The notes under the pieces were generated by a model. The model was not told the DNA's origin and did no database searches. It saw only the letters and a list, made by a program, of their open reading frames with translations. The position numbers and the translations under genes were made by a program. A DNA stretch of 64,000 nucleotides from Eledone cirrhosa (taxonomy: Eukaryota): the NCBI GenBank assembly GCA_964016885.1, contig OZ024746.1, positions 24,118,001 through 24,182,000 of the forward strand, written 5' to 3'. Below are positions 27,471 to 41,325 of the stretch, in pieces. Each line of letters begins with the position of its first letter. Within the stretch, counting starts at the first letter, position 1.

Positions 27471-29980
27471 TAGGTAGATAATAAAAGAGACACAGTTAGT
27501 GAGATAAGAGTTAAACAGACTGACACTATAGCTACCTATTATTTTTCAATATATGAAGATCTGTGCTGTAGGGTGGATAGGTGGTAGGTGGTTTTGGATG
27601 GCTGAATACTTACATACAGACAGACATTATAGCTACCATTATTCTTCAATGGATCTGTGATGGATAGAAGGAACCCTACTGCCATTGATTGTAGAATAAA
27701 GAAATTAATGGGTTTATTATAAAAGGTGCTACATACCTCTCCTAGCCTGTCATGGCTTACCAGCTATATATATAGACGTTTAAATTGATTAAATAAATCT
27801 ATAAATATCTATGTAATAATGTTCCTAATTCAATACTAAAGATGAACATAACCTCGTATAAGATGAAAAGAAGAGCAATGAAAATAACGGAGTTTTATTT
27901 CTGTGTGTGAAAGTATGGTTTTGTTGAGCCAATTTTCACTTTGAATAGCTGTAAGTAATAAGGGCAGGAAATGTGGGTTGTGGGCCAATTTGAAAGTTTG
28001 AAGTTGTAGCTTTTTGTTTTCCTATTCCTCTTGTGTTGCTCTATGCACTCTACCTTGTAGCTATTGACTTTGGAGCAAATAAGAGACCGCCATAGGGATC
28101 TGTACTAAGCTGCAATTTCCCACACAACATGCTAAATTTTGCAGCTTTTGAGACTTTTTTTTACAGAGTCCTTGTAGCACTTCCATGGACTTCACTGAGA
28201 ATGCTTTCCCTTTTGGAGTTTGCAATAAAAGAGCTTCTTAGGAAGGTGGTTTTCATTAATGCAGCACATATGACCTGCCCATCTTATATATAGGATTCTA
28301 CAGTTTCTGTCCACCAAAATCTCACTCATAGGTCAAGCTGAAGCTATAGTAGGAGAGTCATGCCAAAGGAGCAACAAAGTAGAACATCCTGAAACCATGT
28401 GGTTCTGGAGTGAACTCCTTAACCACACAGTCATGCCTGCACTTACGAAATTTAATTACATGAGATTTAAATCTATATATCATCTGAATCATGGTATATT
28501 AGTTCCATTAAATTATAATATATCAATCACAGTTGTACTGAAAGAAAGTAGAATAGGAAGCATTTTTTTGTCCTGTCAAGGACATGACAACCGTGCTAGT
28601 GCCATGATAAAATGCCTGCAGTGTGCTCTGTAAGGTAGTTAGCGATTGAACAACATAAAGTAGAAAAGATTCAGCCTCTTTTGTGCTGACACTACGAAAA
28701 AATACATCCAGTACAGTCTGTAATGTGGTTGGAGTTAGGAAGTGTATCTAGCTGTAGAAACCAGGTCAAATGTGGAATGTAAAAGTAAGACATGGTTCTC
28801 TGACACACCTTAGACAGCAGTAATTCTGACTCAGACTGTACATCAAACCCAATCCAGCATAGAAAGCAAATATATGATGATGATGATGAGGGCTCTATAT
28901 TATTTAATGTGTCCCTAGTTAGGAGGTTCATCAGGTAAGAGTTTATCCCAGTTTCATTTGTATTAAGTGACTGAGAGTACAAGACTCCCTACTTGATAGA
29001 ACACCAGTGCAAGACAGGGTTAGTTAACCCTCAGCTGCTCCTAGTATATATTTTCAGCAGAGTAGGCTGGAGCTACATGAAATGAAGTATTTTGCTCAAA
29101 AACACAAGGGTAGTGCTGCTGCTGATGATGATAATTTCTTTAGTCACAGTAAACATTATAAACATAGAGAGGGGGTTACAATATATCTAAAAATAATAAT
29201 AATAATGCCCCAGATCAGAAGAATAATGAAGAGTAACAAATTGCAGCACAATTACTACCACTACCAACACTACTATCACCACAACCAACACTAACATCCC
29301 CACAACCAACACCATCTTCCCCACCAATAATCCTCCTTCCCCTTCCCACCAACACTACTATTATTATTAGTACAGAATAAATATTGACAACTGCTGAAAA
29401 AAAAATGCTACATACATACAACATGCAACTCCTTCCCTCTCCTACCTTACACCCTTTCCTTCTCCCCAACCTTTCAATTCTCCATGTGACTCTCTTTCCT
29501 TCTTTTACTAAAATAAATAGTTCCTGCTCTAACAAATCTTGTAGTAATTTACCAAAATATAAACGGAAATCTTTTATAAAAATTCCTTCCAGCACCTGGA
29601 CTGAAAATCAAAATCTATTTCCTTCGTTAACACTCTTAATTCTTTCCAATTACCTGTGGTTTTGCTAACGAGCTTGCTTTCTCTCATTTCTGATAGATTT
29701 TTCTACACTTCGGTGAATAGCTATGGATGTTTTCAAATCCTTTTGTAAATATTACAGACATTTTTATTTTTGTTTTTAACATTAATAAATTCACTGAACC
29801 TCGAAAAATAAAATATTTGAAACAAAAGATTGATTTTTTTTTTTCTCTCTCTGGTTTATATGAAAATATTTTAAAAAAATTCGAAATTAAAGATATATCT
29901 TTTTTAATTTGTTTTACTGCCGCCACCGTTGTCACCACCACCATCATCATCATCATTTACTATCATTATTGTTATCTATA

Positions 29981-31300
29981 GGGCGGTGGATTGGCAGTAT
30001 CAGTAGAGGGTCGGACGCCATGCTTTCCAGCATAGTTACGTCCCTTTACGATCTGAGTTCAAATGCCGCCGAGGTTGACTTTGCCTTTCATCCTTACGGG
30101 GTCGATAAAATAAAGTACCAGTAATGCACTGGGTAATTGCTGGCCTTGTGCCTAAAGTAGAAACAATTATTGTTATCTATTGTTATCTAAGCGGTGGATT
30201 GGCAGTATCGGTAGAGGGTCGGACGCCATGCTTTCCAGCATAGTTACGTCCCTTTACGATCTGAGTTCAAATTCCGCCGAGGTTGACTTTGCCTTTCATC
30301 CTTACGGGGTCGATAAAATAAAGTACCAGTAATGCACTGGGTAATTGCTGGCCTTGTGCCTTGTTATCTACTGTAGGAGGGCGGTGGATTGGCAGTATCG
30401 GTAGAGGGTCGGACGCCATGCTTTCCAGCATAGTTACGTCCCTTTACGGTCTGAGTTCGAGGTTAACTTTGCCTTTCATCCTTACGGGGTCGATAAAATA
30501 AAGTACTTTATTTTATCGACCCCGTAATGCACTGGGTAATTGATGGCCTTGTGCCAAAAGTAGAAACAATTATTGTTATCTACTGTTTTCTTCTGGTTGA
30601 TGTCCCTTTCCCTTTACTTGATATAAATCCCACTTCATGTGTTGTTTCATATTTTTTCCAACCCTTGTATTGTCCACAACACCATGTGCCTAGAATTGTT
30701 AGATCATTGAACAAATACTTACCCAGTATTTCTTCTGGCTCTTTACATTCTGAGTTTAAATCCCACCAAGGTTTGTATTGCCTTTCATCCTTACAGGGCC
30801 AATAGAATAAAGTCCCAGTAATGCACTGTGGTCAATTTAATCGGCTTCAGGGCAGTGGATTGGCAGAATCGATAGAGCGTCAGACACCATGCCTCATAGC
30901 ATAGAGTTACGTCCCTTTACGTTCTGAGTTCAAATACCACCAATGTTAGTTTTGCCTTTTGTCCTTGCGGGGGGGGGGGGGGGGGGGGTTGATGAAATAG
31001 AATACCAGTCACGAACTAGGGTTGATTTAATCAACTTTCCCCTCTCCTTCAAATTGCTGGCCTTGTGCCTAAAGTAGAAACAATTATTATTGGCAGCATT
31101 GGTAGAGCGTCGGGCACTATGCCTTGCAGCATAGAGTTACAGCCCTTTACGTTCTGAGTTCAAATTCCGCCGAGGTTAACTTTACCTTTCATCCTTACGT
31201 TGAGGTTGATAAAATAAAGTACCAGTCATGCACTGGATCGATTTAATTGACTTTCTCCTCCCCGAAAATTGCAGGCCTTGTGCCTATCGTAGAAATCATC
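29981..31300 (+). mobile_element. Cluster of six head-to-tail SINE family B copies
   Basis: Copies at ~29981-30168, 30190-30361, 30380-30572, 30700-30842, 30850-31086 and 31090-31300; the first three are near identical. Confidence 0.9.
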
Positions 31301-32304
31301 ATTATTATTATTATTATTATTATTATTTTGCTATTGTTTATGTGTAGGAAATGAAAATAAAATAAATAAATACAAGAAATTGTTAGGATTGAAATATGAA
31401 GTGAAGCATCATATTCAGTGAAGGATGAAAGAAGTATTCTGGTAAGACTAAGGTAAAATTGCTATTGGCATATGGTGTCTCACTGATTGATTGATTGGTT
31501 GGTTGGTTCATTCACTGATTAGTAGTAGCAGTAGTAGTTAGTGAATGAACTAACCAATCAATCAGTAGTAGTAGTGGTGGTGGTGGTGGTAGTAGTAGAG
31601 GCGATGATGGTGCTGGTGGTAACTCCCAAATGTTGGGCGTAGCTCTCTATAATAGGGAGTCTGAAAGGTAACCCAAGAGAGAGAGAGAGAGCGGGGAGAC
31701 GTGGTCACCTGAGTTAGCTTGTATTACAATGGGACAATCCGTCTAACCCATGCTGGCTTGGAAAATAGATGTTAAACAGTGATGATGATGATGTATATAT
31801 ACAAAGAGAGAGAGAGAGATTAAATAAAAAAGAAAGAGAGGAAGAGAGTTGGAAGGGAGAAGAGGTCAATATTTTGAAAAAACATGGGCAGGGGCTTTAA
31901 AATATAGGTCAACACCATAATCTCCTGTTTTGAAGTTAATCTTCAGATTAAATTGTACATACAAATGTGGAGATTAAATATAGTCTTGGACAAGATTCTT
32001 AACTCTACTGACAGTTAAATAGACAGGAAATGGAACTATACAATTCATTTATTGATATATCTATAGGCTATTAGCTCCTGACAGAGTCATAGGGGTGCCA
32101 TCATTACATTTAGATTTGGTAGAGCCCATCCCTTTTCAAGTTGGAATACAATGGGTTCTTCCAAAGAAAGAAAAAAATCTAGAGGAAAAATTGACCCTAG
32201 AATAAGACTATTTATTGACCCTGAAAGGATGTATGGCAAAGTTGACCTCACCGGGATTTGAACTCAGGATGCAGAGAACCAGTATAAATATCAGGGCCTG
32301 ACTC

Positions 32305-32465
32305 ACTGCTTCCTCTTTGTATCAATCTTTATCAAGACCTCTCGTGTCCTTGGTCCTTCCACTGCAAATTTCCTCCATAAAATCGGAATGACAGCATCTT
32401 GCTTGAGGAAGGAGCAGGTGTCTTTGGCCATTCTCTGCAGTAATACCTTTGCTATTTTGTCTGGG
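32305..32465 (+). mobile_element. Second CRE-like C-terminal remnant
   Basis: Reads FLFVSIFIKTSRVLGPSTANFLHKIG..QVSLAILCSNTFAIL, comparable to VETSGVLGP..IG at 2901-3330. Confidence 0.55.
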
Positions 32466-33304
32466 GAGGGGGGGGGGACACACAGCAGAGGCACCACTCA
32501 GACTGGGTTGTGTCAATCCCCTCTGGATTCCATCAATGGATATGTCTTTCCTGCAGCTCTCAACTTGCAACATTAATTACATTCTAAACTTGATACACAC
32601 AAATATATTTGCATCAGTGTGTGGGTATGTGTGTGTTTGTGCTTGTGCATATCTCAACTTGTGGGCCAGTGTGTGTGTGTGTGTGTGTGTGTGTGCATGC
32701 CACTGTGTGTGGGCTTGTGTGTCTGTGTATGCATACATATCTTAGCGTATGGGCCTGTGTGTGCTTGTGTGTGTGGATATGTGTGCATACCTGTGTCTGT
32801 GTGTGAGAAAGTGTTTGTGTGTGTTTGTGTATGCTTCCGTGTGTGTATGTGTGTCTCAGCATGTAGGCCTGTTTTTGTGTGTATGTGTGTGTATGTTTCA
32901 GCATATGGGCTTCTGTGTGTGTGAACCTGTGTGTGAATGTGGTTTGAGTGTGTGTGTATGTCTGTGTGGACATATGTATGTGTGTGTTATGTAAAAAGCT
33001 CCTTACATCCCTTACAATATGTGTACTACACTGAATCATAGGGACTCCATTGTCACCCTCTATCAAAAATACAGTGAACCAATGATTAACATATTACAAA
33101 CCTGTAACCAACACAACCAAATTATAATGTAAATAAATAAACATAATAACATGAATATGTTATCAGAAGATAGGTTTTCGATCATTAGAAAGACTTCTTA
33201 TATCAATACTTAGTAAAACTTCAAATTTTCCAAACCTGTCTCTATTATTTCTTATATGTGGCTATCCATGTGTGTAAACATGTGAACACACATACATACA
33301 CACA

Positions 33305-33830
33305 TGGTGACACTATGAAAAAGCACACAGTCTATCCTGTAAGGTGGTCATGCTGGTGACATAACAAAAAGCCCCCACTCCATCCTGTTAGGTGGTTTTG
33401 CTGATGAGACAACAAAAAGTAAGCAGTTTATCCTGTAAGATGGTCATTTTCATGACACAAGAAAAAGCACTCAGTCCACAATGTAAGGTGCTGATGAAAT
33501 AATGAAAAAGCACCCAGTCCACCTTATTAGATGGTCGTTTGGTTCCATAGAGAAAAGCACCTAGTCCACTCTGATAGATGACTGTGCTGGTGACATGATG
33601 AAAAATCTCCCAGTCCACCCTGTAAAGTGGTCATTTCAGTGCCATGATAAAAAGCACCCAGTTCACACTGTAATGAGGTTGGCATTAGGAAAGATGTCCA
33701 GCCATAGAAACTAAGCCAAAATACAGATCCATACCAGCAAGATATGGTGACTTGACCTGACTTGTTTCATAATGGAACAACCTAAGTCTTGCAAGCATGG
33801 ACAAATGGACATGAAGCGATGATGATGATT
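33305..33830 (+). repeat. Tandem ~42-45-bp array of a SINE A internal module, ending in a SINE A 3' part
   Basis: Repeated AAAAGCACCCAGTCCAC..TGTAAGGTGGTC units, then GTTGGCATTAGGAAAG..CAAGCATGGAC..GATGATG. Confidence 0.65.
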
Positions 33831-34090
33831 TAGGTTTTTAGAATAAGTATACCAGTCCTGCATGTCATAAGAAGTGACTAAAAAGGTTGGTGTCAAGATA
33901 GGCATCTGACTGTAAAATAAGGTCTCAAACCATCCTGTCCATCCCATACCAGCATGGAAAAGTGGACCTGATAATAATGATGATAAGTGCAACGAGATGC
34001 AAAATGTTAAATGACATAGTATTTTAGAAAATTGTGTAAAAAAAATAACATACCTATTTTACACATGCAAACACTTACACATGCATGTAC

Positions 34091-34123
<33 letters not shown>

Positions 34124-34739
34124 TATATACACACATACATACATATACACATGCACACACATATTTTACGAGTAAGTTGCTCTGTGGATCAAGCAACTGG
34201 AACACTTGTTGGAACTGATGGAGGTCCAACAAGAATCTATATTCACATACATATATACACACACACATACATATATATATACATACCCCTATACCTATTC
34301 TGCATCTCCCCATGCATTGAGTACCCTCATGATTTGTGGTCTCCTCTCTATCTCTCATATATATATATATATATAGAAGTTGTTCTACAACAGATAATTC
34401 AGCAGTTTTTCAGAAATGGTGAATAAACTGTTGTGGAACTACTTCTACGAAACTCATCCCATGGACTGAGTGTTCTACTATATATATATATCATCATCAT
34501 ATATATATATATATATAAACATATATATATATATATAAACATATATATATATATAAACATATATATATATATAAAACATATATATATATATATATAACAT
34601 ATATATATATAAAACATATATAAACATATATATATATATAAACATATATATATATATATAAAACATATATATATATATAAACATATATATATATATATAA
34701 AACATATATATATATATATAAAACATATATATATATATA

Positions 34740-35270
<531 letters not shown>

Positions 35271-35272
35271 CA

Positions 35273-35553
35273 CACGTGGGAAAGTGAAAAATCTGAGAAT
35301 AGACCGTTAATACATGTTTATTTAAAATATCACCGGTGATATTTTAAATAAACATGTTTTTACGGTCTATTCTCCGATTTTTCACTTTCCCACGTGCTTA
35401 CGCTCTGCTAACTCTCTAGCCCACTAAATATTAACACTTCGAATATTTAATACTGCCGGCACTAGTATCGAGCACCTTTAGCATACGCTACTTGGCAAAT
35501 AACTATATGTATCACCTATTCCTCCTTTTTTTCTCTCTTTCTCGATACGTAAA

Positions 35554-35556
<3 letters not shown>
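35273..35556 (+). mobile_element. Palindromic pLTR-like element (62-bp arms plus ~160-bp extension), no hammerhead
   Basis: Inverted repeat 35273-35396 centred 35334/35335, embedded in (TA)n. Confidence 0.7.
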
Positions 35557-35602
<46 letters not shown>

Positions 35603-35644
35603 ATATATATATATAAACATATAAACATATATATATATATAAAC

Positions 35645-35675
<31 letters not shown>

Positions 35676-36031
35676 CTATACATCATTTAATTTATTAATT
35701 TATTGATATTTTATTTGAGTGACCCGAATCTTCCTGGTCGTTCTTTTTCGGCTGCAGGGGTGATTTTAGGCATGATCTCTGCGTGTTGGTATTTTAACGA
35801 TAGTTATAGCTCTGATTTATCCAAATTATTGAGCCCTCTGCTACACATGTCGGATATTGTTTATCGTGATTTCGTGGGCTGATATTCCGATTCCCGATTA
35901 TTCTACTATACATATATATATAAACATATATATATATATATATTTATATATATAAACATATATATAAAAATATATATATATATACATATATATATATAAA
36001 CATATATATATATATACATATATATATAAAC

Positions 36032-36062
<31 letters not shown>

Positions 36063-36322
36063 AACATGTATATATATACATATATATATAAACATATATA
36101 TATATATATATAAACATGTATATATATACATATATATATAAACATATATATATATATAAACATATATATATATATATAAACATATATATATATATAAACA
36201 TATATATAAACATATATATATAAACATATATATATAAACATATATATATATAAACATATATATATATGTTTATATATATATATGAACATATATATATATA
36301 TAAACATATATATATATATATA

Positions 36323-36472
36323 TAACGGCTAATTCTGGACTGAATTAGCTGTCGAAATGGGTTGAGCTCAGCCTTCGGGGTCCTACTCGTTCCTATTACC
36401 CACTCTACTACCCTAAGTATTGAGTACTTTGGTGCGTTATGGTCCACCTGGTTCCTTACCACATTTCCTTCG

Positions 36473-36473
<1 letters not shown>
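36323..36473 (+). mobile_element. Truncated pLTR-like element with probable 3' half of a hammerhead
   Basis: Hairpin ACGGCTAATTC..GAATTAGCTGT, then CGAAA, then ACTCTAC..GTATTGAGTAC; in (TA)n. Confidence 0.5.
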
Positions 36474-36514
<41 letters not shown>

Positions 36515-36709
36515 ATATATATATAAACATATATATATATAAACATATATATATATATAAACATATATATATATAAACATATATATATAAACATATATAT
36601 ATATAAACATATATATATATATATATAAACATACATACACATATACATATATATGTGTACTTACAATTCATGCTAGCATGGAAAAATCAATGTTAAACTG
36701 TGATGAGGA

Positions 36710-36755
<46 letters not shown>

Positions 36756-36849
36756 TATGTGTGTGTATGTGTATATAAGAGATTATATTCACATCAGTAA
36801 ACTTTAGAAAACACTCAGATTTCCTGGAGTCTCCAACTACCATGGGCAT

Positions 36850-36913
<64 letters not shown>

Positions 36914-37089
36914 TCTCTCACTAGAGTCTGTGTAAATGGAGCAGGCATTGGTCTATGTTGAAAGAAAGAAACAGTTTAAAACCTCTCAATATTTTGTCCC
37001 TTATACTTCAATACTGATATGTAATTAATATCATGTGTTGGTGAATAGCCAATACCTCTTCAACTACATTCTCTCTCTCCTCCTCTCCC

Positions 37090-39060
37090 CATCACCACCA
37101 CCACCACCATCACCACAAGACATCATCATCATGACCACCACCACCACAACCACCATCACCATCACCACCACAACCACCATCACCACAAGACATCACCATC
37201 ACCACTACAACCACCATCACCATCACCACCACAACCACCATTACCACTAATTCAACCATCATCACCACCACCACCATTACCACTAATTCAACCATCACTA
37301 CCTTCCATATTACCATCACCATCACCACCACCATTACCACTAATTCAACCATCACCACCACCACCACCACCATTACCACTAATTCAACCATCATCACTAT
37401 CACTACCTTCCATATTACCATCACCACCACCACCACCACTACCATTACCACTAATTCAACCATCATCACCATCACTACCTTCCATATTACCATCACCACC
37501 ACCACCACCACCACTACCATTACCACTAATTCAACCATCATCACTATCACTACCTTCCATATTACCATCACCATCACCACCACCATTACCACTAATTCAA
37601 CCATCATCACTATCACTACCTTCCATATTACCATCACCATCACCACCACCACTACCATTACCACTAATTCAACCATCATCACCATCACTACCTTCCATAT
37701 TACCATCACCACCACCACCACCACCACTACCATTACCACTAATTCAACCATCATCACCATCACTACCTTCCATATTACCATCACCACCACCACCACCACC
37801 ACTACCATTACCACTAATTCAACCATCATCACTATCACTACCTTCCATATTACCATCACCATCACCACCACCACTACCATTACCACTAATTCAACCATCA
37901 TCACCATCACTACCTTCCATATTACCATCACCACCACCACCACCACCACTACCATTACCACTAATTCAACCATCATCACTATCACTACCTTCCATATTAC
38001 CATCACCATCACCACCACCATTACCACTAATTCAACCATCATCACTATCACTACCTTCCATATTACCATCACCACCACCATCACCATCACCATTACCACT
38101 AATTCAACCATCACCACCATCACCATCACCATTACCACTAATTCAACCATCACCACCATCACCATCACCACCACCATTACCACTAATTCAACCATCACCA
38201 CCACCACCACCACCATTACCACTAATTCAACCATCATCACCATCACTACCTTCCATATTACCATCACCATCACCACCACCATTACCACTAATTCAACCAT
38301 CACCACCATCACCATCACCATTACCACTAATTCAACCATCACCACCATCACCATCACCATTACCACTAATTCAACCATCATCACCATCACTACCTTCCAT
38401 ATTACCATCACCACCACCACCACCACCACCATTACCACTAATTCAACCATCATCACCATCACTACCTTCCATATTACCACCACCACCACCACCACCACCA
38501 TTACCACTAATTCAACCATCATCACCATCACTACCTTCCATATTACCATCACCACCACCACCACCACCACTACCATTACCACTAATTCAACCATCATCAC
38601 CATCACTACCTTCCATATTACCATCACCACCACCATCACCACCACCATTACCACTAATTCAACCATCACCACCACCACCACCACCATTACCACTAATTCA
38701 ACCATCACCACCACCACCACCACTACCACTAATTCAACCATCATCACCATCACTACCTTCCATATTACCATCACCACCACCACCACCATTACCACTAATT
38801 CAACCATCATCACCATCACTATCTTCCATATTACCATCACCACCACCACCACCATTACCACTAATTCAACCATCATCACCATCACTATCTTCCATATTAC
38901 CATCACCACCACCACCACCACCACCACTACCACTAATTCAACCATCATCACCATCACTATCTTCCATATTACCATCACCACCACCACCACCATTACCACT
39001 AATTCAACCATCATCACCATCACTATCTTCCATATTACCATCACCACCATCACCAGCTAC
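37090..39060. repeat. CAC/CAT-derived minisatellite (~30-63-bp units)
   Basis: ACCATTACCACTAATTCAACCATCATCACCATCACTACCTTCCATATTACCATCACC repeated with in-frame length variation. Confidence 0.95.
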
Positions 39061-39296
39061 ACCACCACCATCACCAATTATATCATCACCACCACCATCA
39101 TCCTCACTGCCACCACTACCTCTGCTATTACAAATTATCCACTTCCTTGTTATAATCACCAACCACTATTGTCATTGTTATATTAATCATCAACATGACC
39201 ACTACCACCACCACCACCACCACCACTCCCACCATTATCATCACAACTACCAATCACATATTTGTGTGTCTGTGTATGTATGTGTATACATAAATA

Positions 39297-39361
<65 letters not shown>

Positions 39362-39364
<3 letters not shown>

Positions 39365-39570
39365 CGTGATGCGCATGAAAGACGACAGCTGTATAAAAAA
39401 GTGCAGGGCAATAAAGATAGACGGTAGCCACGGAGTAGGCAGACCCAGAAAAACCTGGGACGACCTGATAAATTCCGACCTCACACACTTACACCTCTCC
39501 AAGACAATGTCACTGGACCGAGATCTTTGGCGGTACTCAGTAATAGAGAAGACCCGCCTTACCTGAAATA
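39362..39570 (+). mobile_element. RTE LINE 3' fragment
   Basis: HVMRMKDDSCIKKC..GRPRKTWDDLINSDL..DRDLWR. Confidence 0.8.
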
Positions 39571-40196
39571 CAAAGTAAAACCTACTACAGTCAGTAGGCA
39601 TCTCTAACAAAGCACACCCCCGTCCCACCACCCCCACCACCCCTTTCAATGTAAAGTTATGTTGGTGCCACAACATCCAGGCCGAAACAAATGAGATCGT
39701 GTAGGTGTCACGACAAAAAAACACACAGTCCACGCTGTAATGTGGCCGTGTAGGCAACACAGTAAAAACCTCCCAGTCTCACACTGTAAATGTGGTTGGT
39801 GTTAGGAAGGGCATCCAGCTGTAGAAAACCTGCCAGACAGTCCTATGCGAGCAAGACAACCACTCTTGCCTCAAGTGGGAAAACTCCCGTCCAAACCCAT
39901 GCAAGCATGGAACATGGACGTTAAACGATGATGATGATGATGATGATATATATATGTAAGCAGGGAAAACCGGACGTAAAATAATATATATATATATATA
40001 TCATCATCATTTTACGGCTACACACGTGTGTATATATATATATATGTCTATATATGTATGTGTGTGTATACATATATATATATATGCATATATATATATA
40101 CATATATGCATACATATATATATGTATGCATATATATATATGTATGCATATACATATATATATATATGTATGTATGCATATATATATATATATATA

Positions 40197-40598
40197 TATT
40201 AAAATACAAATATTAAAATAGATGTTCTTTTCATCAATTACATTTTATTATACATATTTCGGATGTACAACAGTACGTCCTCATCAGACAAAATATAATG
40301 ATACATGACATACCCTGAGATGTTAAATGGTTAAGATTTAATCAAGGTACCCTGATTAAATCTTAACCATTTAACATCTCAGGGTATGTCATGTATCATT
40401 ATATTTTGTCTGATGAGGACGTACTGTTGTACATCCGAAATATGTATAATATAATGTAATTGATCAAAAGAACATCTATTTTATTAATATTTGTATTTTA
40501 ATATTAATAACTCTGGAAAATTATTTCCCGTAGAGTGCTTCCAATCTACTGTAAAACTCATTCTTTGATATACTCCTTGAATCTTGTTTAACTCTTTA

Positions 40599-40600
<2 letters not shown>
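40197..40600. mobile_element. Palindromic hammerhead element (~152-bp arms plus ~95-bp extension)
   Basis: Inverted repeat centred on GGTACC (40348/40349), few mismatches and one 3-bp indel, flanked by (TA)n. Confidence 0.85.
40399..40459 (+). ncRNA. Minimal type I hammerhead (mirror on minus strand 40238-40298)
   Basis: TTATATTTTGT-CTGATGA(40410-40416)-GGACGTAC TGTT GTACATCC-GAAA(40437-40440)-TATGTA-TA^; stem I is fully paired in the minus copy. Confidence 0.8.
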
Positions 40601-40629
<29 letters not shown>

Positions 40630-40815
40630 CATATATATATATATATGTATGTATGTATGCATATATATATATATATATATATATAAATATATGTATGTAT
40701 GCATATATATATATATATATATATATAAATATATGTATGTATGCATATATATATATATATATATGTATGCATATATATATATATATATGTATGTATGCAT
40801 ATATATATATATATT

Positions 40816-41162
40816 GGAGGCACATGGCTTAGTGGTTAGAGCATTGGCCTTGCAATCGAAAGGTTGTGAGTTCAATTCTCAGACCGGGTGGTGTGTTGTT
40901 TCCTTGAGCAAGACACTTTATTTCACATTGCTCCAGTTTACTCAGCTGTAGAAATGAGATGATAGGGACTGAGGTCCTTATCATTCCACTGCAAAGTGGT
41001 CGTGTAGGTGCCACGGCAAAAAAGCACCCAGCACTCACTGTAAATGAGGTTGGTGTTAGGAAGGGCATCCAGCTGTAGAAATCAAGCCAGTATCAGTTCC
41101 CGTCCCACCCTTGCAAGCAGGGAAAAGCGGACGTAAAATGAAATGATGATGAAATGATGATG
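40816..41162 (+). mobile_element. SINE family A, full-length
   Basis: GGAGGCACATGGCTTAGTGGTTAGAGC (A box)..GAGTTCAATTC (B box), core, RTE-like 3' end, (GAT)n tail. Confidence 0.9.
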
Positions 41163-41195
41163 TATGCATATATATATATATATATGTATGTATGC

Positions 41196-41226
<31 letters not shown>

Positions 41227-41325
41227 GTATGCATGTATGTATGCATATATATATATGCATATATATATATATGTATGCATGTATGTATGCATATATATAT
41301 ATGTATGCATATATATATATATATA

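Noticed and set aside
37110-39053. 647-aa Val/Met-rich ORF as a protein
   Set aside because: Antisense translation of a CAC/CAT minisatellite with no domain signal.
40816-40890. tRNA gene
   Set aside because: tRNA-like head of a SINE, without a proper acceptor stem.
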